Positions 40,257 through 48,296 of a DNA stretch of 64,000 nt are shown here, piece after piece. Under the pieces are notes generated by a model that was given only the letters and a program-made list of their open reading frames with translations, did no database searches and was not told the DNA's origin. Both the position numbers and the translations under genes were made by a program. Each line of letters starts with the position of its first letter. The stretch's first letter is position 1. The stretch comes from Eubacteriales bacterium (GTDB lineage: Bacteria > Bacillota > Clostridia > Oscillospirales > CAG-272), in NCBI GenBank assembly GCA_045546615.1, contig JAZQDD010000039.1, positions 11,359 to 75,358 on the forward strand. The letters are read 5' to 3'.

Positions 40257-41188
40257 TCGCTTTTATACTTTGCGTTTGCCTATACATAATTCCTTTCCAA
40301 GCACAAGCCGCTTCGACAGCGGATGCAAAAGAACCTATATCTACAGATAGAAACTGTTCTTTGACTATCTCTTGCTGTAGCAATGGTATTGCTTTTTCTG
40401 AATTGCCCGTAAATCTATATAAAATTGCTGATGTATCTGCGGACTATCAGTACACTCTCACTCAATCTTATGAAAAATCTAATCTCATTCTTAACGGAAT
40501 ACAGACCCTTGGCGAATGGAATGTCATCCGTTCGACCTTGGAAGCGTATATACTTGCAAATGAAGTCACGGCGGATTTTAACGCCGTAACTGACTTTGAA
40601 GGAAAAGCCTGTTTTGATGAATTAAAGCCGGGGCTTTATTTGTCAATCACGGAACGGATAATTCAAGATGAAACGACATACGTATTTGATTCTGCTTTAA
40701 TTGCCTTGCCCGGCTTGGGAGCAGACGGTCTATGGCAGTACCATGTTGATGTTGCCTCTAAATCCTCGATTATTCCGCCAAGCGAAAAAGATGAAGAAAT
40801 AGAACTTAAAGTATTAAAGCTTTGGAAGGGCGACAATGGAGCTTCGGCTCGTCCTACAACAATAGAGGTAGAGATATTTTGCAACGGAACAAGCTATCAA
40901 ACGGTAATTCTTTCAGAAGATAACCACTGGACATATACTTGGTCTGCAAAAGACGATGGTTCGGATTGGAAAGTGGTGGAGCGTAACGTTCCAAAAGGAT
41001 ACACAATGACCATCGAGGAACGGGAAACTTCATTCGTACTCACAAATACGCTAACATCGGATAATCCCCCGCCACCCCCTCCGCAAACCGGTGATACCTT
41101 GAATATTATGCTATGGGTTATTCTGATGATCGTTTTCGGCAGTATGCTTATTATCTTGGGAATTACAGGGAAGAGAAATCGTGTATGA
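40232..41188 (+). CDS. minor/basal pilin candidate with a Cna-B domain and a PPQTG sorting signal
   Basis: Signal peptide, a Cna-B-like repeat (LKVLKLWKGDN...RPTTIEVEIFCNG), then a poly-Pro linker, PQTGD, a TM helix and KRNR. Confidence 0.75.
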   Translation: MAKRRMGIIAFILCVCLYIIPFQAQAASTADAKEPISTDRNCSLTISCCSNGIAFSELPVNLYKIADVSADYQYTLTQSYEKSNLILNGIQTLGEWNVIRSTLEAYILANEVTADFNAVTDFEGKACFDELKPGLYLSITERIIQDETTYVFDSALIALPGLGADGLWQYHVDVASKSSIIPPSEKDEEIELKVLKLWKGDNGASARPTTIEVEIFCNGTSYQTVILSEDNHWTYTWSAKDDGSDWKVVERNVPKGYTMTIEERETSFVLTNTLTSDNPPPPPPQTGDTLNIMLWVILMIVFGSMLIILGITGKRNRV

Positions 41189-41774
41189 TGAGCCGAAAAA
41201 ATGATGTTATTAGAAAAGTTTTAATGATCATCGGGGGATGTTTGCTTGCGGCAGCTTTTGTTATCTTGGCGGCGTGGCAATGGAACATTCATGCTTCCGA
41301 GCAGAAAGCAAAGGAATATGTAAGCGCGATCCGCGAACTGATCCCCGAACCGCAAGGTGCTGTTCCCGAAGAACGCAGGGATAATACGATGGCTACTCTC
41401 TCCGTTGACGGAACTGACTTTGTGGGAATATTGGAGTTCCCGCAATTTAACTCGGTTCTTCCGGTGTGCGCTGAATGGGGAAGCCCTGAAAAACACCCTT
41501 GCCGTTTTAGCGGAAGCGTATATGACCGCACTATGCAGATCGGTGGCACGTCGCAAAAAGGTCAGTATAACTTTTACCGTGACGTTTCTGCGGGAGATAG
41601 AGTTTTTTCACGGATATGGAAGGGAATCGTTTCTCATACACGGTAACCGATATTCGCTATGAGAAAAACGCAGACCAATCCACCTTACAACGCAAGGACG
41701 CGGATTTGACGCTGTTCATTAAGAATGTGTATGCTTTTGAGTACATACTCATTTACTGTGATGTTTTAGGTTAA
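41185..41774 (+). pseudogene. sortase-fold-like gene interrupted by a frameshift in a T6 run (41603-41608)
   Basis: The N-terminal TM helix plus VGILEFPQFNSVLPV resembles the sortase GxLxIPxIxxxLPV box. The reading frame continues in another frame after the T6 run (..FTDMEGNRFSYTVTDIRYEK...LTLFIKN...) to a stop at 41774. Confidence 0.45.
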
Positions 41775-41816
41775 GTTTGCGATATGTTTGCGTTTTAACT
41801 TGAAGCGTTGTGAGCG

Positions 41817-41910
41817 GAAGACTACATAGGCGAAGGCGAAGACCGCCCAGGGGAGGGAATACACTTCTAAAGCCAACACAAGTCAAGGGGTGAACTAAAC
41901 GTTCACCCCT
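41817..41910 (+). repeat. direct repeat copy 1 (a remnant of the last 17 codons of a gene like 55497..55904, plus a hairpin)
   Basis: Aligns base for base with 55851..55940, with about 6-7 mismatches. An in-frame TGA sits immediately upstream, so only the 3' fragment is present. Confidence 0.8.
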
Positions 41911-41935
41911 TGGTGGTATATTTGAAAAAATAAAT

Positions 41936-42400
41936 TTAATGGCCCTTCATACTTTTCCCAACCACATAAATACCGACCACCATTTCGGCAATCGATATTC
42001 CCAATAAAAGTCCCGAGAAAAAGTCTTTCACATTCGATCCGCCAAATGTGTTGGAAAGAGCTAATAAGGCAATTCCCATCATAATAAGCGAAACGCCATG
42101 CATCAAATTTTTTTGCTTTTCTAACTCTTGCGTTCTTTTTAGCAAATCCATTATTTGCTCTTCGTCATATGCGCGAACGCTTTTATCTTCCGATTTTTCA
42201 CCATCCATTAGCTCTGCGATTGTAATCTCCAATTCATCGCATAAAGGCTTAACTATAGAATAATCGGGCATACATTTACCGGTTTCCCATTTCGAGATTG
42301 TTTTGTTTGATACTCCAAGCTTTTCCGCCAGTTTTTCTTGTGTTAAATTTTTTTCTTTTCTCTTTTGTGATATAAACTTTCCTATTGCTGTTTGATTCAT
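41936..42400 (-). CDS. Xre-family HTH regulator with a C-terminal transmembrane segment
   Basis: LTQEKLAEKLGVSNKTISKWETGK HTH motif and a hydrophobic C-terminus. An ATG at 42400 follows GGAGG. Confidence 0.75.
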   Translation of the reverse strand: MNQTAIGKFISQKRKEKNLTQEKLAEKLGVSNKTISKWETGKCMPDYSIVKPLCDELEITIAELMDGEKSEDKSVRAYDEEQIMDLLKRTQELEKQKNLMHGVSLIMMGIALLALSNTFGGSNVKDFFSGLLLGISIAEMVVGIYVVGKSMKGH

Positions 42401-42522
42401 TTCCTGTGCCTCCATTTTTGTTTATGATGGAATATTATCATTATTTCACCCTAAATAACATCCCTCAATTGGAGAATTCAGGTGGAATTCTTAATCAAAT
42501 TCATAAATTCTCATTTATCAAA

Positions 42523-42570
42523 CGAATTATACCATAAACCGCCACGAAACACAACTGTTTTCACACAAAA
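42523..42570 (+). repeat. intergenic module, partial copy D (promoter arm only)
   Basis: Similar to the left arms of copies B and C. On the minus strand it reads TTGTGT, 17-nt spacer, TGgTATAAT. Confidence 0.5.
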
Positions 42571-42580
42571 AAATTGAAAT

Positions 42581-43171
42581 TTATTTGTCTGTTCTAAAAA
42601 AACGGAAATCACATTTATGTCCACCCGCTCCTAATGTTTCTGTTCTCTTAAATGCAATCCCTGACAGATTTCCATATGTTGCGAAGTCGCTTTCACAAAA
42701 AACAGGTGCAAGTTCTGGAACATTAAATAAGTTTGCATACTTTAGATATGGACACATTGTCATATCAATTTGCAAACAGTTTGCATCTGCTTGAAAATTA
42801 GTATAATCAAATCCGCATTCTCTACCAAACATCTTTGTTCCCATTTTGGATAATAGCTTCATAAAAACTGCTTTCATACCAGGAAGCTTTAGAACAATAT
42901 TTAATGCCTTTCCACCTTTTTCACAAAAACCTATTAGTATGGCGGTTGTATTCTTTAGAGCGTTTTCATTATCAATCTCTAGCAGAGACTTATAGAAAGA
43001 AACAGTTGGAAGAATGGTGTTTTCCAAATGCATTCGTTCACCTTTAGATGCATCTCGACACAATAACAAGTGATTGTGGTAATGTTTTTTTCCTAATGTG
43101 ATGATTACATTTGTTTTTTCTTTTCCATATATTTTTATTAATTCCTTTTTTATATAGCCTAAATTTTTCAT
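42581..43171 (-). CDS. L-2-amino-thiazoline-4-carboxylic acid hydrolase-like protein
   Basis: 196 aa. The C-terminal region CPYLKY...FCESDFATYG...GGHKCDFRF resembles the ATC-hydrolase family. Confidence 0.5.
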   Translation of the reverse strand: MKNLGYIKKELIKIYGKEKTNVIITLGKKHYHNHLLLCRDASKGERMHLENTILPTVSFYKSLLEIDNENALKNTTAILIGFCEKGGKALNIVLKLPGMKAVFMKLLSKMGTKMFGRECGFDYTNFQADANCLQIDMTMCPYLKYANLFNVPELAPVFCESDFATYGNLSGIAFKRTETLGAGGHKCDFRFFRTDK

Positions 43172-43178
43172 AATACCA

Positions 43179-43847
43179 CTACACTTTATTCACTTTCTGC
43201 TTACTATACTTCTTTATCAAAAAGGTAAGACCAAAAAACATTAAGCTACTGCCAACGTTCATGGCTCCTATCCCTGCGAGCAGAACACCTGCAACAAGAG
43301 TCAGGGGGATTGTATTTACAACACAACACCACTTAGGCAAACAAGTTTTACCTTTGATTATGGCAATGAAAAGTGAAATACAAACCATAAATACGCCAAT
43401 ATTGCACAAGGCAGTCGTTACCATTGTTTCGGTGAAAAACGAAATCATAATGTCATGCGCTTCTTTGGTGGCACCGGATTTTACAAAATACCACAACATG
43501 GTTGTGCAAGAGAAATGCATTATTGCGCCTGCGACACAGGTAAATAATGTGCCGACCAATACTACCTTTGATAAGATCTTCGCGGTGGGTTTTAACAGCA
43601 GATAAATCTGATAGTATCCCACCAAAACGAGCATCATAGCAATTGTCCCCGCAATGCCTGAAATTGTAAACTGCAAAGGATTTGCGCCTGTAAGCATGCT
43701 TGATGTTTTGCCGTAGTCAAAAAGCTGGATTGTATCAAGAGGGCCGTTGGGCACAAAGTAGAGCAATAAATCTCCGCCGCCCCAACAAAGCAAATGCCCG
43801 AATGCTCCGAAAAGTAAAAGCTTGGAATTTATCAAACGTCTTTCCAT
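43179..43847 (-). CDS. hypothetical multi-pass membrane protein
   Basis: About 222 aa with 6-7 hydrophobic helices. An ATG at 43847 follows AAAGGAA. Confidence 0.5.
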   Translation of the reverse strand: MERRLINSKLLLFGAFGHLLCWGGGDLLLYFVPNGPLDTIQLFDYGKTSSMLTGANPLQFTISGIAGTIAMMLVLVGYYQIYLLLKPTAKILSKVVLVGTLFTCVAGAIMHFSCTTMLWYFVKSGATKEAHDIMISFFTETMVTTALCNIGVFMVCISLFIAIIKGKTCLPKWCCVVNTIPLTLVAGVLLAGIGAMNVGSSLMFFGLTFLIKKYSKQKVNKV

Positions 43848-43848
43848 T

Positions 43849-44313
43849 TTAATTTTCCTTTTTTTCTCTCTGCTTGAATTTTTCAAGGTCTGTGTTAAGC
43901 AACCTTGCGTCGATAACGCGCTTTATCTTGTGAATAAGAAATACTCCGAGATAAGCAATTATCATATATGCGGCAAATATCAGGCTCACAACGAAATTTT
44001 TTTCAAACCAGCAAAATATATACGACGAGAGTGAATATATTGCCGCTGCTCCTGCAATAACCGCGCAGTCCTTGATGCTTAACTTATCTACGTCATCGAA
44101 ATCCGAGCCGATCAGCATCTGTACCCAACACAGCGCGTACGCAAGCAAGACCATTTCAAGCATATAAAATATGCTTGCATCTTGAAAGCCACATATAAGG
44201 CGGTAGGATGCGTAAAAACACAGAACCATAAAAAACATAAGGCAACATTTTATTTCTACGCCGATTTTTCTCGTTAGATATTTCTCAATAAATGTGCGGA
44301 ATTTGTTACTCAT
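43849..44313 (-). CDS. small membrane protein, DUF3021-like partner of the LytTR regulator
   Basis: About 154 aa with 4 TM segments. Its ATG overlaps the LytTR stop (ATGAGTAA). Confidence 0.55.
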   Translation of the reverse strand: MSNKFRTFIEKYLTRKIGVEIKCCLMFFMVLCFYASYRLICGFQDASIFYMLEMVLLAYALCWVQMLIGSDFDDVDKLSIKDCAVIAGAAAIYSLSSYIFCWFEKNFVVSLIFAAYMIIAYLGVFLIHKIKRVIDARLLNTDLEKFKQREKKEN

Positions 44314-44755
44314 CTTCACTGACTCCTTTAAGCCGCTTTCGGAAGCTTGAAGCATACGTTCTGGAAATTATAATATGCTCACCGTTGTTCATTGTCGCAT
44401 CTATGCGGTTTGACGCGAGACTTTTCAGCCTTCGCACCTTATCTATATTGATAATCATTGATTTACTGCATCTAAAAAAGTTGATAGAGCCAAGTATTTG
44501 CTCAAGCTGTGCCAACGTGAAATCTAGCCTGAACACGTCCGCCTCTGTATACGCAAAGCACTTTCCGTCGACACTCTCGATATACAATATATCCGCGCGC
44601 TCGAGTATCTCTTTTTGCCCACCATTTTCGCCCACGAGCTTCTTCTCATAGCCGTTCATGAAATCAAGGGCGCGCTCTACCTCGTCGTTGATTTCCAGAT
44701 ATTTCAGAATAAGCTCGTTCTCGCCCTCAGATATCTGATGTACGGTAAGCTTCAT
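44306..44755 (-). CDS. stand-alone LytTR-family DNA-binding regulator
   Basis: About 149 aa. Contains ILYIESVDGKCFAYT ... FFRCSKSMIINIDKV (LytTR domain). No receiver domain. Confidence 0.75.
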   Translation of the reverse strand: MKLTVHQISEGENELILKYLEINDEVERALDFMNGYEKKLVGENGGQKEILERADILYIESVDGKCFAYTEADVFRLDFTLAQLEQILGSINFFRCSKSMIINIDKVRRLKSLASNRIDATMNNGEHIIISRTYASSFRKRLKGVSEDE

Positions 44756-44867
44756 TTTCTTCCCCCTTCGTTGACCTTGTAACGTTATTTTATCACCTAA
44801 AATCAATAATGCAATACCCAAAACGGTAAGTGGCACTTTTTGATGCCTCAAAAGCACTGCACAAAAA

Positions 44868-44990
44868 GATTATATCACGAAAAACAAACAAGGACAACTA
44901 TTTTCACACAAGAAAAGGGGGAGAACAAATTGTTCCCCCCATATCACAGTTCAACGATGGTTGGAAAAAACGCCCAGTCATAATTTGGTC
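44868..44990 (+). repeat. intergenic module, copy A
   Basis: Shares cacaagaaaaggggagaacaaattgttcccc..atatcacagttcaacgatggttggaaaaaacgccc with copies B and C. Confidence 0.8.
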
Positions 44991-45131
44991 AGCCAATGCG
45001 AGATGGCGCGGAGAAGGGAATACAGTTTTAAAGTCCAACTAAAAAACATTCAAAACTGTAAAAAAATTTTCACAGCCTACACGCTTCAACTCGCATATCA
45101 GAAATACGCCGTTTATTCAAGAATAATGAAC

Positions 45132-45175
45132 CACCGCCGAGAGTAACTAAATGGTTACCCTCGGCGGTGTGTTTC
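45132..45175 (+). terminator. strong hairpin, possible terminator
   Basis: 16-bp stem caccgccgagagtaac/gttaccctcggcggtg (one mismatch) followed by tgtttc. Confidence 0.45.
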
Positions 45176-45562
45176 AATATGGATAATCAAAGTAAAAAAC
45201 AAATCCGAACAGTTCCGTCGTAACGAAACAGTTCGGATTTGCTTGTTCTGGTGGAGGCGAACCGCGGTCAAAAATGGTTGATAATTACGCCGAACTCGAC
45301 GGGATCGAGCAGAGCGTTTGCGATGATCTTTGGAGCGATCTGCCTTGCACCGAGGTGCTCGTCCCGAACCCGACGTTCAGGATCTCCGTGATCGGCAGGC
45401 GTATCCTCAACTACTGCGGAGCCTTCGGAGCAGAGAAGTAAGCATCGCTCAAAAATGAACTATGGTATGGTTCAATATGGACTATTCATAAATATAAAAT
45501 ATAATATAATATTAACTGAAGAATAACATTATATATAACTACTATATGCACTCAAAGCCTCA

Positions 45563-45606
45563 CCCGCCCCCTCCGAAAGCCACGGCATTCGGGGGGGATT
45601 TTTCTT
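45563..45606 (+). terminator. GC-rich hairpin followed by a T run
   Basis: Stem ccccctccgaa/ttcggggggg followed by atttttctt. Confidence 0.45.
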
Positions 45607-45672
45607 CAGTTCTTTGAGCTTGTAACTCCACCGCTCAATTTAGTCATTTTCTCAAAAATGACTAAATTGACA

Positions 45673-45701
45673 TTGACAAAAGACATAATTGGGGATATAA
45701 T
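45673..45701 (+). promoter_or_regulatory. consensus sigma-A promoter of the Fic-hsd operon
   Basis: TTGACA, 17-nt spacer, TATAAT. Confidence 0.6.
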
Positions 45702-45737
45702 ATAATTTAGATAAGAATAATGTAATGCGAGGTTTAT

Positions 45738-46796
45738 ATGCGTAATTACAATTACCAAAACAAATGGCAAAAGTTGCTCACGCCCGAAGTAGTGTCTTTG
45801 TTGACACAGATCCACGAGTGCAAGGGTGAGCAAACGTTATTTATAGAGCAAAAAGCTACTACACTGACTCAGCTTGTTGAGGTTGCTAAAATCCAAAGCA
45901 CAGAGGCATCAAATAAAATCGAGGGCATTTATACCTCAGACGAGCGACTCAAAAGCCTTGTTTCCAACAAGACAACTCCTCGAACAAAAAACGAGCAGGA
46001 AATAGCGGGATATCGCGACGTTCTTTACACTATATGCGAAAGCCACGATTTCATCCCGATGAAGCCATCAATTATATTGCAACTTCACCGCGACCTATAT
46101 AAATTCAGCGGTAAGTCCATCGGAGGATCTTATAAGGAAGCCGATAACGTAATCGCAGAGGAAGACGAGGAAGGGAACAAGCGCGTTCGTTTTGTTCCCG
46201 TATCGGCTTGGGAAACCCCAACAGCTATAGATGGCATATGCAAAGCTTTTGATGAAATGATATCCGATAGCGACGCCGATCCGCTTCTTATAATTCCAAT
46301 GTTTATATTGGATTTTCTGTGCATTCACCCGTTTAACGATGGTAACGGAAGAATGAGCCGATTGCTTACCTTGCTGCTCTTATACCGAGCAGGCTATATT
46401 GTGGGTAAATATATCAGTATCGAAAAGCTGATAGAGCAAACAAAAGAAACCTATTACGAGGCATTACAAAACAGTTCCGCCGGTTGGCACGAGGATAAAA
46501 ACGATTATATTCCCTTTGTGCAGTATACGCTTGGTATCGTTGCCGCGGCATATCGCGAGTTTTCGTCGAGAGTAAAGCTCATTGCCACAAGCAATATGTC
46601 CAAGCCCGAACGCATCAGGGCAATTATACAAGAAACACTTGGTAAAATAACAAAATCAGAAATTATGGAAAAATGCCCCGATATCAGCCAAGTCACGGTA
46701 CAACGAGCACTTAATGAGCTGGTAATAAGCGGAGAAATTTTAAAAATTGGCGGCGGTCGTTATACCGCATACACGTGGAATCACGAAAAGGAGTAA
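45738..46796 (+). CDS. Fic-family protein (AMPylase-type) with a C-terminal winged-helix-like region
   Basis: HPFNDGNGRMSR matches the Fic motif HxFx(D/E)GNGRxxR. 352 aa. Confidence 0.85.
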   Translation: MRNYNYQNKWQKLLTPEVVSLLTQIHECKGEQTLFIEQKATTLTQLVEVAKIQSTEASNKIEGIYTSDERLKSLVSNKTTPRTKNEQEIAGYRDVLYTICESHDFIPMKPSIILQLHRDLYKFSGKSIGGSYKEADNVIAEEDEEGNKRVRFVPVSAWETPTAIDGICKAFDEMISDSDADPLLIIPMFILDFLCIHPFNDGNGRMSRLLTLLLLYRAGYIVGKYISIEKLIEQTKETYYEALQNSSAGWHEDKNDYIPFVQYTLGIVAAAYREFSSRVKLIATSNMSKPERIRAIIQETLGKITKSEIMEKCPDISQVTVQRALNELVISGEILKIGGGRYTAYTWNHEKE

Positions 46797-46799
46797 AAT

Positions 46800-48296
46800 A
46801 TGATTACAGGCGAACTTAAAAATAGAATTGACGGACTTTGGGATGTATTTGCCGCAGGCGGACTTGTAAACCCTCTCGACGTAATTGAGCAGATTACATA
46901 TTTGATGTTCATCCGCGACCTTGACGATACCGATAATCTTCGCGCCAAGGAAGCCGTAATGCTCGGTCTTCCCCATAAAAGCATTTTTGCCGACAAGGTA
47001 AAGGTGGGAGAGCGAGAGATCGACGGAAATCAGCTCAAGTGGTCAGTATTCCACGATTTTCCTGCGGGAAAGATGTATTCTACCGTTCAGGAGTGGGTGT
47101 TCCCGTTTATCAAGAACCTGCACGATAACAAGGATAGTGCATACTCCAAGTATATGGATGATGCCATCTTCAAAATCCCCACCCCCTTGCTTCTCGATAA
47201 AATCGTTACCATTCTTGACGATATCTACTCGCAAATGGCACAGATCAAGGACAGCGACATTCGCGGCGACGTATACGAATACTTACTTTCCAAGATCTCG
47301 CAGTCGGGGCTTAACGGTCAGTTCCGCACCCCTCGTCACATCATTCGTATGATGGTAGAGCTAATGGATCCCCAAGCAGACGAAACAATCTGCGATCCCG
47401 CGTGCGGTACGTCGGGATTTCTCGTCGCGGCGGGGGATTATCTCAAGGAAAAGCGCAAGGAAGAGATTTTCTTCAATAAACAGAAAAAAGCGCACTATAT
47501 GAACGGAATGTTCCACGGCTACGATATGGACAGAACGATGCTCCGCATCGGCGCGATGAACATGATGACGCACGGCGTGGACAATCCGTATATAGAGTAT
47601 CGCGATAGCTTGTCCGATCAGAATCCCGATAAGGAGAAATACTCGCTGATCCTTGCAAATCCCCCCTTCAAGGGCAGCCTTGACTACGATACCGTTTCCG
47701 CAGATCTTCTCAAGGTCTGCAAGACAAAAAAGACCGAGCTTTTGTTCCTCGCGTTGATGCTCCGAATGCTTCGTGTGGGCGGCAGATGTGCAGTTATCGT
47801 TCCCGATGGCGTGCTGTTCGGGTCTTCTACGGCGCATAAGGCTATCCGCAAAGCGATAGTCGATGACAACCGCCTTGAAGCCGTAATTTCCATGCCCTCT
47901 GGCGTATTTAAGCCCTACGCGGGTGTTTCTACGGGAATACTTATCTTCACAAAGACGGGATACGGCGGCACGGACAAGGTGTGGTTTTACGATATGCAAG
48001 CAGACGGCTTCAGCCTTGACGATAAGCGCACCGAGGTCAAGGAAAACGACATTCGTGATATCATCGAACGTTTCCACAATCTTGACGGTGAAGCCGACCG
48101 CGCACGCACAGAAAAATCCTTCTTTGTACCCAAGGACGAGATCGTGCAGAACGACTACGACCTCTCAATAAATAAGTACAAAAAGACCGAATACAAGCCC
48201 GTAGAGTATGCCCCTACCTCACAGATATTGGCAGAGCTGAACGAGCTTGAGAGGGAGATCACCAAAGGACTTGCAGAGTTGGAGGAGATGTTGTGA
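46800..48296 (+). CDS. hsdM: type I restriction-modification system, methyltransferase subunit
   Basis: N-terminal HsdM domain, DPACGTSGFL (motif I) and NPPF (motif IV). Confidence 0.9.
   Translation: MITGELKNRIDGLWDVFAAGGLVNPLDVIEQITYLMFIRDLDDTDNLRAKEAVMLGLPHKSIFADKVKVGEREIDGNQLKWSVFHDFPAGKMYSTVQEWVFPFIKNLHDNKDSAYSKYMDDAIFKIPTPLLLDKIVTILDDIYSQMAQIKDSDIRGDVYEYLLSKISQSGLNGQFRTPRHIIRMMVELMDPQADETICDPACGTSGFLVAAGDYLKEKRKEEIFFNKQKKAHYMNGMFHGYDMDRTMLRIGAMNMMTHGVDNPYIEYRDSLSDQNPDKEKYSLILANPPFKGSLDYDTVSADLLKVCKTKKTELLFLALMLRMLRVGGRCAVIVPDGVLFGSSTAHKAIRKAIVDDNRLEAVISMPSGVFKPYAGVSTGILIFTKTGYGGTDKVWFYDMQADGFSLDDKRTEVKENDIRDIIERFHNLDGEADRARTEKSFFVPKDEIVQNDYDLSINKYKKTEYKPVEYAPTSQILAELNELEREITKGLAELEEML

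Noticed and set aside
44830-45042. 70-aa ORF, with its relatives at 61485-61673 and 60731-60973, running through the intergenic repeats.
   Set aside because: Not accepted as annotated genes. Their N-terminal parts differ completely between copies and cross promoter and terminator sequence. Only the short conserved box is retained as a separate low-confidence finding.
45606-45833. 75-aa minus-strand ORF.
   Set aside because: It overlaps the consensus Fic promoter and the Fic 5' end. It has no RBS and is AT-rich low-complexity.
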